DNA of 64,000 bases from Octopus bimaculoides (lineage: Eukaryota): positions 124,579,418 through 124,643,417 of the forward strand of contig NC_068985.1 of assembly GCF_001194135.2 (NCBI RefSeq), written 5' to 3'. Positions 26,430 to 40,353 of this stretch are shown in pieces (the stretch's first letter is position 1; each line of letters begins with the position of its first letter). Made by a program: the position numbers and the translations under genes. The notes beneath the pieces are model-generated. The model did not search any database and was not told the DNA's origin. It saw nothing but the letters and a program-made list of their open reading frames with translations.

Positions 26430-27030
26430 CCCTGTCAGTGCAGGCACCAATTAAAAGCACCCAGTCCATACTGTAAAGTGGTGGTTTAGAAGGGCATCCA
26501 GTCGTAAAAACCTTGCCAAAATTGACCTCGCCTGTGCTTGAGCCATGTAAAAAGCACTAAGTCCACTCTGCTGAGTGGTTGGTGTTAGGAAGGTATCTAG
26601 CTGTAAAAATCCTGCCAAAACAGTTACAGAAGTCTCGTGCAGGCTTCTGTCTGGCCGGCTCTTGTCAAACTGTCCCACCCATGCCAGCATGGAAGGTGGA
26701 CATTAAATGATGATAGTGATATATATATATATATATATATAAAATCATCATCATCATTATTGTTTAACATCCTTTTCCATGCTGGTTTAACTGAGGACTG
26801 GCAATCTGATCTGGCAAAGTTTCTACAGCTAGATGCCCTTCCTAATGCCAACCATTCCAAGAGTGTAGTGGGTGCTTTTTACGTGCCACCAGCACGAGGG
26901 CCAGTTCGGTGGTACTGGCATCGACCATGCTTGAATGGTGCTTTTTGCATGCCACTGGCGTGGGAGCCAGTCAGGTGACACTGGCAACGACCACGCTCGA
27001 ATGGTGCTTTTTACATGCCACTGGCACGTC
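26430..27030. mobile_element. Two RTE-type 3' tails, tail-to-tail around (TA)n
   Basis: TTAGGAAGG(G/T)ATC(C/T)AGCTGTA and CATGCCAGCATGGAA on both strands, each ending in (GAT)n. Confidence 0.75.
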
Positions 27031-27092
27031 TGTCTGTCTGTATGTATGTATGTATGCTATTTCTTCTGACATGTGCATTTTTCGTTTTTCAG

Positions 27093-27242
27093 AGTACTTG
27101 GTCAACAAATATTTCCATCTGAGGAGCAAGGATATGATGCTGTACCACGCCTGCCTTACCATGCAACATCTACTGCCCATCTCATTGAAGATGACCAGTC
27201 TTTTTCCAATAGTTTCACACCTCTTGACTCAGATCTTCAGTT
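27093..27242 (+). CDS. FAM149B1: FAM149-like exon (VLGQQIFPSEEQGYDAV...DSDLQ)
   Basis: tttttcag acceptor, gtaagt donor, phase 2/2. Matches human ILGRQIITPSEGY. Confidence 0.92.
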
Positions 27243-28414
27243 GTAAGTTAACTTTTATATTTACATCATTATATCATCATTTTTAAAATTAGAAATCATT
27301 AGTATTACTGTTGTTTACAGGGATTAGTGATAGTCAGTCATAGGACAGCAAGCTGACAGACTCGTTTGTGCATTGGAATAAATATTTTGCTGTATTTGAG
27401 ATCAACTTTATCTTTCATTCTTAGGATCAATGAAATTAAGTACCGATCAAGTACTGAGAATTAATGTTACTGACTAACTCTATACCCTCAAAACTCGTGG
27501 CCTTGTCCTTAAATTAGAAACAATTGTTATATTATAATCATATCCATGTTGTACAGCATGCCTTGCAATATTTGTTCCAGCTTTTTTGCTCTGAGTTCAA
27601 AGCCTTCCAGATTTAACTTGTCTTTCATCTTTCCTGGATTGATTAAATGAATTACCAGTCAAAAACTGTCGACAATTTAATTGACTAACTCTTTTCCATA
27701 AATTTCTGTCCTTGTGTGTTTTCTTAGAAGTTATTGTTATTATTACTATGAGAGTGGGAGATTAGCAAAATCAATAGAGCACTAGACAAAATGCCTTATA
27801 GTTGTGGAGTATTGGATGAGAATAATAGGTAGAGCAGAGAGCAAATGTTTTGTGGTATTTAGCTGGATCTCTTCACACTCACAGTTCTAAATAAATGGGT
27901 ACAGCCCGCATTTATGGTTCATTAAGACTCACAGTGCAAGCACTTCTCACATTTATGGCTCACTAATGCTGCTATGCCACACTCAAAAAGAAAACCATCT
28001 GACAAACACACATTCACTAACACCTTTTCATCTGTGTAACCTTTTCTGCTGCTACTTTGACTTCACTGAACCAATTAGCTGTATACCTCATCCACCCAGA
28101 CCAGCTATCGTCCAACACCTCTGTATCTTGATTATACAACACTCCTACTTTGTCTGCATTTATCTCTTTTCCTAATCATTCTTCTCCCTCACAACAGCAT
28201 CCCTCTGGAATTTCCTCCCCAATGATATTTTTGTTGCAGATTTTGACCTATGGAGGGATAACTGTAGGTCAATGTCTCTACATTAATGTCACCAGTATGT
28301 GAGAACCAACAAAGGTCCTCATCCTCCTTCTCCTCATTCTCATCAAAAGCTTCACTTTTAACTAACAAACTAAAAGTTCCTGTCCTTTATAAACTTTATG
28401 ATTTTATACTTTAT

Positions 28415-28617
28415 TATTATTGAGAAGGCAGCGAGCTGGCAGAATCGTTAGCATGCCAGGTGAAATGCTTAGCAGCATTTTGTTTACCTTGACATTCTGA
28501 GTTCAAATTCCGCTGAGGGTCAACTTTGCCTTTCGTCCTTTCAGGGTCAATAAAATAAGTACCAGTTGAACAATGAGGCCAATGTAATTGACTCATCCCC
28601 TCTCCCAAAATTTGAAA

Positions 28618-28651
<34 letters not shown>

Positions 28652-28975
28652 GGACAAAATGTTTAGTTGGTTTTCATCCATCTTTTTGTTCTGAGTTCAA
28701 ATTCTGCCGAGGTTCACTTTGCCTTTCATGCTTTTGTAGTTGATGAAAAAAGTACCAGTTGCGCACTGGGGTCAATGTAATTGACTTCACCATGCCTTAA
28801 ATTTGCTGGCTATATGCCAAAATAAGAAAGGATTATGAAATGCTTTGTGGCATTTTGTCCATCTTTACGTTTTGACTTCAAATTCCGCCAAGGTCAGCTT
28901 TACCTTTCATCCATTCAGGATCAATGAAATAAGTACCAGTTGCGCACTGAGGTTGATGTAAGTGATTAGCCTAAC
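28415..28975 (+). mobile_element. Tandem array of three AT-rich SINE units
   Basis: Repeats of GAGCTGGCAGAATCGTTAGC...CTGAGTTCAAATTCC...AAGTACCAGTTG with (ATT)n linkers. Confidence 0.75.
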
Positions 28976-29545
28976 CACTAGGCCATGTGCCTGCATGTTG
29001 AGCACCTTGATGGGTGTCAACACAGCTGATGCACGGTCCTTGGTTGAGAACAGTGTCGGTCGGGGAGTTTGACTGAAGTGGTATGTCTGTCAAACAGATG
29101 TGACATACTTGAATAAAGTATGAAGCCCTAAATTTATTATAAATAAACTACATTATATGTATGTCGTATTTCACTTTTATCTTTTTTCAGTTTACTTGTA
29201 TATTGTTTGGCCAAGAGAACTGCCATACTGAATATGAGACTCATATTTCTGGATGTGAAGCTTTATGTCAACCATGGTTGGTCACCAGAAACGTCTCCAC
29301 CACTATGATTTTGTTATCATCCACTCACTGCAAAAAGATGACTGGCAGATAAAATTTTATTGGGTGTGGCTGTGTGGTAAGAAGCTTGCTTCCCAACCAC
29401 ATGGTTCCAGGCTCAGTCCCATTGGGTGACACTTTGGACAAGTGTTTCTACTATAGCCTCAGACCAACCATTTGAATACTGGGGTCAATGTAATCAACTA
29501 TCCCCCTCTCCCTAATTTCAGACCTTGTGCCTATAGTAGAAAGTA

Positions 29546-29585
<40 letters not shown>

Positions 29586-31078
29586 ATGAGATATATAATG
29601 ACCCATTAAAAATACATAATAATCAGTAGACCTATGATACAGATAGCTGACTGAAGGAATAAGAGAAACTCACAGATCCTTTGCTCCAGTGATATAGACA
29701 TACAACATTCAGTTTCATTTTAAATTAACCAGTATTCTAGTTTGTCTTTAGACACCCCATTTATTCAGGTACAATGTAATCCTGAATATAATGCCACCCC
29801 TACATTTTGTATCCAAAATCAGTAATAAATTTCATCCTATATTTTATTTTTATAATTACTCTCAAGTATAATTGTTTCTAACTTAGGCACAAAGCCTGGT
29901 ATTTGTAGGGGGCAGGATTAGTTGATTAAATCAGCCACATCCCTGAAAGGATGAAAAGTAAAGTTTTCCTCAGCAGTGTTTGAATACAAAACCTAAGGTA
30001 TCATAATTAAATACCACAAACCAGTTTGTTCTAGGGTCTAACAATTCTACCATTTCACCAGCCATTAAACTCTCAAATATAATGCTAATTCCTAATTTGG
30101 ACCTTAACATTTTGTATTAAATGTCTCACCTATACAAGAAAGTACAGTAGGTGAGCTGCCACTCAAAAACATGTTGCTAGTGTGTTTGCTGATGGAGATT
30201 CTGATTTTACATTGAGCAAAGAGACTCCTTAGAATCCTCATTACAAATCTCAACATGTAATCAATAGACTGTATGTTGTATTTACAAAATTGTAGGGTGT
30301 ATTAGCAATGCTCTAAGAAATCTGAGAGGATAAGGTATTGAAATACTTGGCCATGAGTTTGAATTCATTGCTAGCATTTTGGTGTTCGGGGCAGAACACT
30401 TCACTTTTCATTCTCCCAATTTACCTAGCTGTCAGTGATAGGTTAAGCCATCTAATAATGTTCTGTGCCAGAAGACAGTACACAAATTTCTCTTGGTCTG
30501 CCTGACATTTTAAGTTCAGATCCATTTTATGGTGATGAATTGGTTGGATGTGGCCTGGTGTACAGCAGCCCATTCTTTGTTAACAAGTGTTCAACACCAA
30601 GTGGACAACAGCTTTAGTATGTGTGTGTGTGTGTAAGAATTTATTTATTATATACTTTATTAGTGGTTCTTTGTAGTCTAAGCTACTATACAGTATACCG
30701 AATACATTTTATTGTTGACTCCCTTACTTCAAGTAAGATATCCACGCAATGATGATTACTGACGTGGAAATGACTGCAATTAAAAGCAAAGTATGTAACA
30801 GAACTATTACAACTCCGACTTCAACAAAATGCTGATGGTGCATTTATGTGGTTGTTCAACTTGCTAGAAATAGTAACCAAATCTTGATCAGATTACATGC
30901 TACCAATTTGAAAGTGCAATAATGCATTGGATAACTTAGTTCTAGATATACAATCCCCTAGAAAAAGAATGCTCATGGCTGGAATTTTTGTGGTCATAGA
31001 TATGATCAGTCAGGGCACTAACCAGGGGTTACATTCTTTCTATGTCAACTATTAATTTCTTCTCTATTTAATCCAAAG

Positions 31079-31249
31079 GTTGAATATCACTGGTAAATCT
31101 GCAGAACGGCTCAAATCACAGTCTCAGACATACAGTGGATCACCAAGAGATACCAGCAGCACACAATCAAACCAAATTGATGCTTTTGAGGAAATAATTG
31201 AAAAAGATGGAAATGTCGAGGAGATCATTGCAATAGACTATCCAGAGAG
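31079..31249 (+). CDS. FAM149B1: FAM149-like exon (LNITGKSAER...EEIIEKDGNVEEIIAIDYPE)
   Basis: Phase 2/2, gttagt donor. Matches human GIRGKK...IIVSEGIIEEYLAFD. Confidence 0.92.
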
Positions 31250-32199
31250 GTTAGTATAATATTATCATCCCCATCATCATCATCATCATCATCATCATCA
31301 CCAATAAGATAGTTATCTATTAAATACTATGTGTCCTTAAATAGTTGTTACTCATTAAGTATGTAAACCCTTTTTGAGTCTGGTGCCTTTTTAAGTATTT
31401 ATTATCATCATCATTATTGAGGCAGAGAGCTGACAGAATCATTAGCATGCCAGGCGAAATATTTAGTGGCATTTCATTCATCTATTTGTTCTGAGTTCAA
31501 ATTCCACCAAGGTTGACTTTGCCTGTTGTCCTTTCATGATTGATAAAATAAGTACCAGTTGAACACTGGGATCAATGTAATTGACTTACCCCTTCCCCCG
31601 AAACTGCTGGCCTTGTGCCAAAAATGAAACCATTATTATTGAGTGAGAAAGCAGTGCATACTATCAAAGTGACACTGGGGTAAAATATACGAAGCCCAGT
31701 ATACCCATCATGACTACCCGTCTGATAAGGGTACACGAGGCACATGCATCACAACNNNNNNNNNNTCATGACTACCCGTCTGATAAGGGTACACGAGGCA
31801 CATGCATCACAACCATATGTGCGCGACATAGTGGTCTCATATCAAGATAAACAGCACATGTCTTTGCTGGTGAGGCACAGTTAGAATTTTCTTCATGTCG
31901 AGTAGCCCATCCTGCTCAAAAGGTCTTTGAATAATGGTTGTTTAAGGATGTTGAATGAAACACCCATGTTTCCAAAGGTGAACTATCCAAATCCCAAAGA
32001 ATTCCTCTCAACACATGGCTATGATGCTCCCACACTACTTCTGCTCATGATCAGGGATGCACATATCATCATCCACTAAAGGACATGCTCAACTGGTCAA
32101 ACAACTGACAAGCAAATCTGTGGTATTGAGCAGAATACTTGCTGTAGCCCGTCTTTTATACTAAGACAATTATTATCATTATTATTATTACTACTGTTG

Positions 32200-32700
32200 C
32201 TGTTAAGATGGTGAGCTGGCAGAATCATTAGCACGACAGGTGAAATGCTTAGCGGTATTTCACCTGCACTACATTCTGAGTTCAAATTCCCCCAAAGTTG
32301 ACTTTGCCTTTTATCCTTTCGGGGTCAATGAAATAAGTACCAGTTATGCACTGGGGTCAATGTAATCGACTAGCCCCCTTCCCCCAAAATTTTCAAGGCC
32401 TTGTGCCTAGAGTAGTAATAATTATTACTGTTGCTGTTGTTGTGACACGCTGGTAGAATCATTAGCTTACTGGAGAAAATGTTGAGTGGCATTTCTTCTG
32501 GCTTATATTCTGAGTTCAAATGCTGCCACGGTCAACTTTGCCTTTCATCCTTTGGGGGTTGATAAAGTAAGTACCAGTCAAATACTGAGGTTGATATAAT
32601 TGACCAGCATTAAGCCTATAACAGAAAGAACTATTGTTATTATGATTAGGGAAGAGTAGAGATTGATAGAATCAGTTGAGCATTAGATAAAATGACTAAA
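32200..32700 (+). mobile_element. Tandem AT-rich SINE units
   Basis: Same unit as 28415, head-to-tail with (ATT)n linkers. Confidence 0.7.
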
Positions 32701-32788
32701 AATAATAATAATTGGGTTTGCTGTACTGTAAATTAATCTATAAATGTATAAGAATTTTCACTTCACTCTGTTTTTTCCCCCAATTCAG

Positions 32789-32927
32789 AATAGACACTCT
32801 TCCTGATGGACAGAGACGCTGCCCAAAATCAAGCCATTGTTATCGAACTGGTTACCCTCCCATTACACCTCTAGCCTGTGTTCAAGAAAATATTGCCAGT
32901 GCAATGTTTGACTACACATGGAATGAG
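32789..32927 (+). CDS. FAM149B1: FAM149-like exon (IDTLPDGQ...GYPPITPLACVQENIASAMFDYTWNE)
   Basis: Matches human [25 protein letters not shown]. ttcag acceptor, gtaaga donor. Confidence 0.93.
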
Positions 32928-33323
32928 GTAAGAATGAAGTCATTGCTTACAATTGCTTCCTATATGCATGTATCATAGCTAAACTCTCTTTCTTGTGAGA
33001 ATACAACAGTAACTTAGCTATTGTAACTATCTTTTAATTTGTGTGTTGTAAATATCTTAATATTAAGGACTGTAACTGTAGCATTCCTGTTGTATGTACC
33101 CTAACTATAAAATTCCCTACTGTTACTTCTCTATTATAAATACCTAAAACACATGGCTATGTTGATGCAAGTATAGCCGTGTGGTTAAAAAGTTATTTTC
33201 CCAACCACATGGCCTCAAGTTCAGTCTTACTGCATGGCATCTGAGGTAAGTGTCTTCTACCATGCTTTGGCCAACCAAAACCCTGGATGTGGATTTGATA
33301 GATAGAAATTGAAAAGAGACTGG

Positions 33324-33380
<57 letters not shown>

Positions 33381-34315
33381 TGTGTATGTGTCTGTGTCTT
33401 TACATCTGCACCTGACTGTGCAAAAGTCATGCTGTTTAAGCAGTCTTCTTGGTACTTCTGTCAATTGTCTGACTACTTGTTTTGTGCATTTGAAGCTGTG
33501 TAGAGTAAGAGATCTGTTACTTAAAAGCAAGGAAGGATTAGCATCAGGAATGGCATATGACTGTAAAACAATGCTTCAATAACATATCTACCTAACCCAT
33601 GCTAGCATGGAAAAACAATCATGAAAACAAACAAACATACTAAATCAAAATAAACTATGGATATCACTCAGAATTAAATATGGTTTGGTAACATGTATCA
33701 TGCTTTCACTAATTGTTTTCGGTGCTTGTATCATCACAAGCAGATATAGACATCCTCTAGTCCCTCTTATCTTATATTCATATTATTGTTCTTATTTTAC
33801 AAATTAGTTTGTTACACAAAATGCATGTCCAATCTAAAGTGCCTATAACATTATATTTCTGTAGAAACATTCTTTAATCACATGTAATTTTTCAGATAAA
33901 GTATCACTCAGTTACAGTGAGCAGTTTTAAATGATTGATATTGGTGTCTCCCAGTCTTCTTTGAGTAAGAGACTCTGGCTGAGACTAAATCCTGGATGAA
34001 TTTTCTTGACGCTACTTGTACTTTAAAAGTTAATAAAGATATAAACCTTCAATAGCCATGATATTTCTATGAGGGGCAGTGACACTATGAAGTTTTAGCT
34101 TTGAAAGACATAATGGTGAAACAATATCATATATATCTTATAAATAACAAGATATGATGTGTTTGTCATCATGTGTATTGTAAGTTGGCAGAAGAACTCT
34201 CAGATCATCCAGACACACATCAGAATATCAAACATTCTATGCCTGTAATGCACTGTTGTGTTAACATTCACAGTAAATGTTATTTTTTTCATTACTAAAT
34301 ATTACTTTTTTACAG

Positions 34316-34367
34316 GTATTGGTCTGGATGAAAAATTTGCTCAGCATGTACTTTGAATATGTCAGAG
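34316..34367 (+). CDS. FAM149B1: FAM149-like exon (VLVWMKNLLSMYFEYVR)
   Basis: ttttttacag acceptor, gtaaga donor, phase 0 to 1. Parallels human VVSCMEQLTRSHW. Confidence 0.88.
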
Positions 34368-36054
34368 GTAAGACTGTTTCTTCTGTATTTTTTTCTTTTT
34401 GGTTATTTTTCTTTTTTTCCTTCCTCTTTCTCCAAATAACTACATAGTTAAAACATGCCATTGATTTCTGAATTATGTCGTTGTTGTTGTGTGCAGTCCT
34501 AATTGAGCAGATCTATACTCAAAGAATGACCATCCCAGCTTTTTTCTGGGACTATGCCCTCAGTACCATATTGTCCAATGTAGGACAGTATGGTATGATT
34601 TCAGGGAGACTTGATAGCTATTTCTAGTGTATCAAGTATCTACATAGAACTCCCTCATCAACTTATTGTTACATTGTATGTTATATAAAAGTGATTCATT
34701 GGACCAACAATACCTAAGAGAATTTGAATCTAGTATTGCAAACTGACAAAAGCTTTGGCAGTTTGGTGATATAGCTACTGTTTACAGCAAGGAGATACAC
34801 CAGACATTCAGATTAAGCCATTGACTGTCAAGTACCTTGACCATAGACACACATTACAGTGTCTGTATCAAGAATTTAACCTCACTTTTTTCTACAAATG
34901 ATACAACTTACTGCCAAACATATTATTACTTGCTTATCATTTGAGTGAATTATATTCTTTCATTGAGAAATGTTACTTTTTTGTGGGAATATATTCACCA
35001 TCACAGAGAGGACACTGGTGTAGCTGATGACTAATAAAGTTTAGATTTTCAGTAAAGGAGCTTCTACATGGTCACTCAATCAGCTAGAAATAGCAGTCAC
35101 ATCTACTTCAAATGTCACTATCTTAAAAAAGGAAGAACTCATTGGACATTGTGGTCTCTGATACATATAATATCAGGATTATCATAGCTGGCATGCCTTT
35201 GGACATACATTCACTTAATCAAGGCTGAGTTTAATCAGTAATTGATTGCTTGCTAAATGGATGAATAATAGAAACCTATTGGTCATTTGAACTGAGAAAA
35301 GCCTGAATTTCTAAGATTATTTCCAAGTTCTCATGTATTCAATAGATTGTATAGTTTTAGTTGAAGCAAATATATCAAGTGACATCTTGAATGTAGGACA
35401 AGTAAAGGTTAAATGTCTAAAAAGAAGCTTGTGAAACTCAATCTTATCAGGATACACATACATGCTTACATAACTGTACTAATTCTTTATAGTAATATAT
35501 AACTAGCTCAAAACTTTTGCTCTGAAATAACATTTTTATTGTAAATTCTTGAAAGAACATATGCATCTAACAACTGGGGGATGACCATTTCTAATCAGGT
35601 TTCATTTACTGTCAATACATTTAGACCCTCTTGTGTCTCTTCCTTTATCACAATATATATATTAGTCAACATCTAGCATAAATAATTTAGGAATGTTGGT
35701 TTAGAAATTAGTGTTTTTGAAACATTAATTAACATGACATATAGCATGTGTTTTATTCCTCTTTCAGGCACTGATCTGACATTTACTTTTCTTCTTTTTT
35801 GAGGCCCAAAATTTCCAAGTCTGATCTACTTTTTCACTAAGTACTCTTTGGAAATCATAGTTATATCTTCCATCCAGAAATCTACATCCATTCACATTAC
35901 TTGTTTATATTAGCATAGTCCTTTTATGCATGACCTCATCCAATGTCTTTGATATTCAGCTGCTTTCTCAACACATTTGTACCCAAGTTCTACTTTAAAA
36001 TTAAGATCTGCACAATGTTATAAGCTGGCTTTTCTTTCTCTCCATGTTTAACAG

Positions 36055-36149
36055 GTGTTGAGAAGGCCATTCTTCTTCCTTTACCGACCTATCGAGCTGA
36101 GATTCACAACATTTCTAGAGAAGCATCGAGTATGTATAATTATCCAAAG
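36055..36149 (+). CDS. FAM149B1: FAM149-like exon (GVEKAILLPLPTYRAEIHNISREASSMYNYPK)
   Basis: tttaacag acceptor, AAG|gtcagt donor, phase 1 to 0. Chosen mainly on phase fit. Confidence 0.78.
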
Positions 36150-36810
36150 GTCAGTTACTTAAGCTTTTGCCCTTTTTTTTGAAGAGCTAAGTTTTCACCT
36201 TCAAAATAATCAAAACAATTATCATTATTAGTATTATTATTACTGCATGACAGGAGAAAATGTATTGGATTTGTTTTGGTTTTTTTTTTGGGGGTTTTTT
36301 TTTTAGACAAAGAGAGAAAGGCAACACTCGTGACTTGTTTCTTTGGGGCATTTGTGACTTGTAGAAAGAGGAGCTTATCCTCAAACTAGAAACAAAATGA
36401 ACTCCATCAAAGGCACCCAAGACTCAGGTTAGGGTGTTAAACCAAGCAATAAATTTAGACTAACACTCAAAAACTCAAAATGCAAATACCTGAACAGACA
36501 TCCCATTTGATACACTGATAATTCTACTATTCACTATGATGGGCTGGTACTTTATTTTATTGATCCTAAAAGAATCAAAGATACAATTGACCTCTGTCTG
36601 ATTTGAACTCAAAATGCAGGGAACCAGAACAAATACCAAAAGGCTTTTTGTCCTGCACAGTAATGACTTTACCAATTTCCCACCTGTAAACCAATTTGCT
36701 AACTACTTTTGTTTGTTCTGACTAAACTAATCTATGATAAAGGGCATTTCAGCCATACCCATCTTTTTTTATTTTCAAGCCTAGACTTTCCAGTTACAGG
36801 TGGATTATGC

Positions 36811-36849
36811 TTCACTGATGAGGTATAATAATACTGAAACATGTCTAAA
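36811..36849 (+). ncRNA. Minimal type-I hammerhead ribozyme, third family (one stem-I mismatch)
   Basis: TTCA-CTGATGA-G-GTAT-AATA-ATAC-T-GAAAC-AT-GTC-TAAA: palindromic ACATGT stem III, GUC site. Confidence 0.6.
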
Positions 36850-37975
36850 ATTGTCACGCTTCTCATATTGTTAAGTATCAGACTCCTTCTCCACTACATT
36901 CTTTAAAATGTTACGATTGTCTCCCCTATCTTGACTAGAATTAGCTTACTTGGAAAATGATTGTTCTCATCACTAAGGATGTAAAGATGCATAAGTCATT
37001 AAAATTTTGGAACTTGTCTCCCTTTCGTTTCTTGCCAGAGTTTGTTATTTAGATGATGACTCTGTCAATATGCTAGCACCCATTTTACTATTGAGAGTTA
37101 TGTCAAGCAATCAAGAGAGGCTCCAATTAATATGATGTAGTTCGCTTACATATAATTATTTCAACTGTAAATTCTTTTAATGAGCTCAACTCTGTAAAAG
37201 TACTCTATGAAAATATATAGATATCTAATTTAATTTAAAATTCTGTTGTCAATGAATTGACCTTTTTCCCACTCACTGCTACTAAAGTACTATGTAATAG
37301 TTACATAATACTACCGACAGTACTAACAGTACTATATAGTGCTACATAGTATAAGGGGCTTCATTGGTGGAGATTGACCATATCTGCATCTGTAGGCACA
37401 GACCGTTGTGTTGTTTTGTTTTTTTTGTCGGAAGATTAGCAATTGTTTGTACATGCAAGTCTCCCCTCTTTATGCAATTCATGTTGTCCAAGAGAAAGGC
37501 TACTGCTTTAGGGTTGATATGACTTGATATCAATGTCATCACAGATGATTTTTTTCAGAACACCAAGGAGCTGTCACAGATACTGCAAGACAGTTTACCT
37601 GACCCCTCTAACAATATGAATCCACCACCCTGGATTCATTCTATTTTATTGACCCTAGAAAGATAAAAAGTACGGTTGATCATAGAGGAATTTGAACTCA
37701 GAGCAGAGACAGTTGAAACAATACTACAAGACAATCTATCCAATGCTGTAATGACTCAGCCAATTTGACACCTTCTACATAATACTAAACATGTTATTTA
37801 ATGGCTACTTAAGATTCTACAAAGCAGGACATACTTAAAAATGAAGAAAAATGTTAGTAATTTTTTACTTCATCTTTGGGTTTATCTTTCAAAACATTAG
37901 GACTGAATTTCAAGTCCTTCCCAACTTCTTGGAATGTTTTTCAATCATGATTGTTACCCTGATAACTCTCTGTAG

Positions 37976-38100
37976 GTCAGTCTGCCAACAAGGACACCAT
38001 CATTTATTACTAGCACTGCCAGTTGGAAACCACAGTCCCTTGATGGTATTCTTACTGTGAAACAGAAGGACATAGTTGAAAGACCAGGTGCCATATTACA
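37976..38100 (+). CDS. FAM149B1: FAM149-like exon (VSLPTRTPSF...QSLDGILTVKQKDIVERPGAIL)
   Basis: ctctgtag acceptor, gtgagt donor, phase 0 to 2. Parallels human NVNDLLVHGMPLQ. Confidence 0.85.
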
Positions 38101-38530
38101 GTGAGTACAAGCTTTCCTTTGTGTGCATTTGCATGCATGTCTGTGTGCATTTGTGTATTTGCTTATATATATTCTTTTACTTGTTCCAGTCACTGAGCTT
38201 TAATCATACTAAGATATTACTATTTATATATGTATGCCTGCACAATCATGATGAATGATAACATCCAACATTGCATTCTTTCATAACTAGAGAACCCAAT
38301 CCAAAAACTGGATTTTATTTCAAGTGGGGCATGTGTATGCAGTATTAATATACATCTGTGCATCCATATTTGTATATAAACGTATGTATGTACATACATA
38401 CACGAGCATGGCTGATTAAGAAATGCATTTCAGAAACCACACAGTTTAGAGCTTGCTCCCACTGTATGAATAATATCAATTAGACCCTTCTACTATAGTT
38501 GCAGCTTGACTAATGCCCATTGTGTGTGGT

Positions 38531-38568
<38 letters not shown>

Positions 38569-39000
38569 ATGCGTGCATAAGTGTGTATTCCTCTTGTCTT
38601 GACATGTGCACTCTGATTGCAAACAAAGAGTTACCATTCATACAGTGTCTTTTATTTGCAATTCTCTGCAAAGACATATCTTGTCTGTTCATTGTTTAGA
38701 GGACCAGGGTAAATGTTACCTTACTTGGAAATAGGTGAGGGTTAGCAACAAGAAAAGGCTCTGGACACAGAAAAAAATTGCTTCAACAATGATTCATCTG
38801 ACCCATACAAGCATGACAAAATAGATGTTAAAATGATAATGATAAAGATGATTGTATGTGTGGTTATTTTTACCGAATTATTCTAGAGAGATGAGGTACA
38901 CACATATAGACATTATAAAACTATGTCTTTTATTGTAACTTTACCATTTGCTGTAAATTATTTCTTACTTTTCACTTGGTAGAATTTTGTTTTATTACAG

Positions 39001-39169
39001 TGATGGTTCTGACATAAGTTTACCAACACCAAACTCTGTGGGCAGCAACTTCCCTCCACAAAACTTTAAAATGTCACGTCCAGGCAGTGTAAAATACAAC
39101 CGGTTGATAAAACCATTGCGCCTAGCACCCCTCCACAATGTTCAGGAAAGATCAAGAACACCTTGCATG
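39001..39169 (+). CDS. FAM149B1: FAM149-like exon (DGSDISLPTP...SRPGSV...LRLAPLHNVQERSRTPCM)
   Basis: ttattacag acceptor, gttagt donor. RPGS and RxLxPL-like motifs as in human MRPGSS and RTLHPI. Confidence 0.9.
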
Positions 39170-39479
39170 GTTAGTATATTTTATATGGTGTTTTACATGA
39201 GGGAGATGGAAGTAGAAAAGAGGCTGGCAAAAACGAAGGGGTTAATACGAGTTAAATTGGATTTGAACATGCTTTATAGAGATCAGAAAGCAGTGTTATT
39301 GGACAAAGACCGAATGGAAAGGATGGTAGAGTTGTTTCCTAGAAAGAGGATTGGAAAACAATCATAATTTGTGAAGAGGAAATGTGAGGAAGAGAAAGAT
39401 TCAGTTAGAAGAGGAGTTGTAATTCAGTTTCTTTGGGTAGAGTGGGTGAAAAGTGTGTTGTTACATGTGGGTGGGACAA

Positions 39480-39775
39480 ATCTTCTAGCACTCAGTTTCG
39501 TGGACAAGTCTTCTCTAGAACCTCATATTACCAAACATCTTGGTTGACTGTCTTTTCCTCCGTGAGCCCCAACATCCTAAGATCGGTCCTCACCATTTCA
39601 TCCCATGTCTTCCTGGGTCTCCCTCTTCCACGGGTACCATCCACTTTCAATGACAGACACTTCTGTATCCAGCTGTCTTCACTCATATGCATCATATGTC
39701 CAAACAAACACCTTCTCCTCTCCATCATACCACATTTAATCCCTCTTATGCCTAACGTTTCTCTCAACACAGATA
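39480..39775 (-). mobile_element. RTE LINE 3' coding end
   Basis: LRETLGIRGIKCGMMERRRCLFGHMMHM...LKVDGTRGRGRPRKTWDEMVRTDLRMLGL. Confidence 0.85.
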
Positions 39776-40285
39776 AACTGTCTGAAAAATGACAGGAAGG
39801 TTATACTAGAACATCTTTGGCTATAAGATCTGCTTGATCAGGGCTCTCCTGGAGCTAAACAACAACCTGGCAAACAATTTTTGAACCTGGCTACAACTTA
39901 CTTAACTCATCATTAAACTACAGAGACTTCTAACCTTTGTACTGTAGCTTGCCTGTTTCAATCAGATAGTCGCAATATCATCTTGCACTCACTGATGTCA
40001 TGGATCTTTGCCAAAACATAAATCCAGGTTTTCCATGTCTTTTGAAATAGTGGATCTGCACTTAAAAAATCTCTCTCCAATGTGTAAACCAAGGCACAGT
40101 AGAATATAAAAATCCCTTGGCTGAGAAACAAGTGAGGAATAGCAACAGGAAGCGCATTCAGCCATAAAATCGTACCTCAAAATCAGCCACCGACGGAGCC
40201 ACAAATGCAAAATATAAGTTAGTCCTAGAGCGCACAATCCTGAAGGTCAGCAATGGTCTTTCTCGGTCACGAGTGGATGGCCATC

Positions 40286-40353
<68 letters not shown>

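Noticed and set aside
31719-31812. 46-bp direct duplication
   Set aside because: The copies sit on either side of a 10-N gap, typical of a scaffolding overlap artefact.
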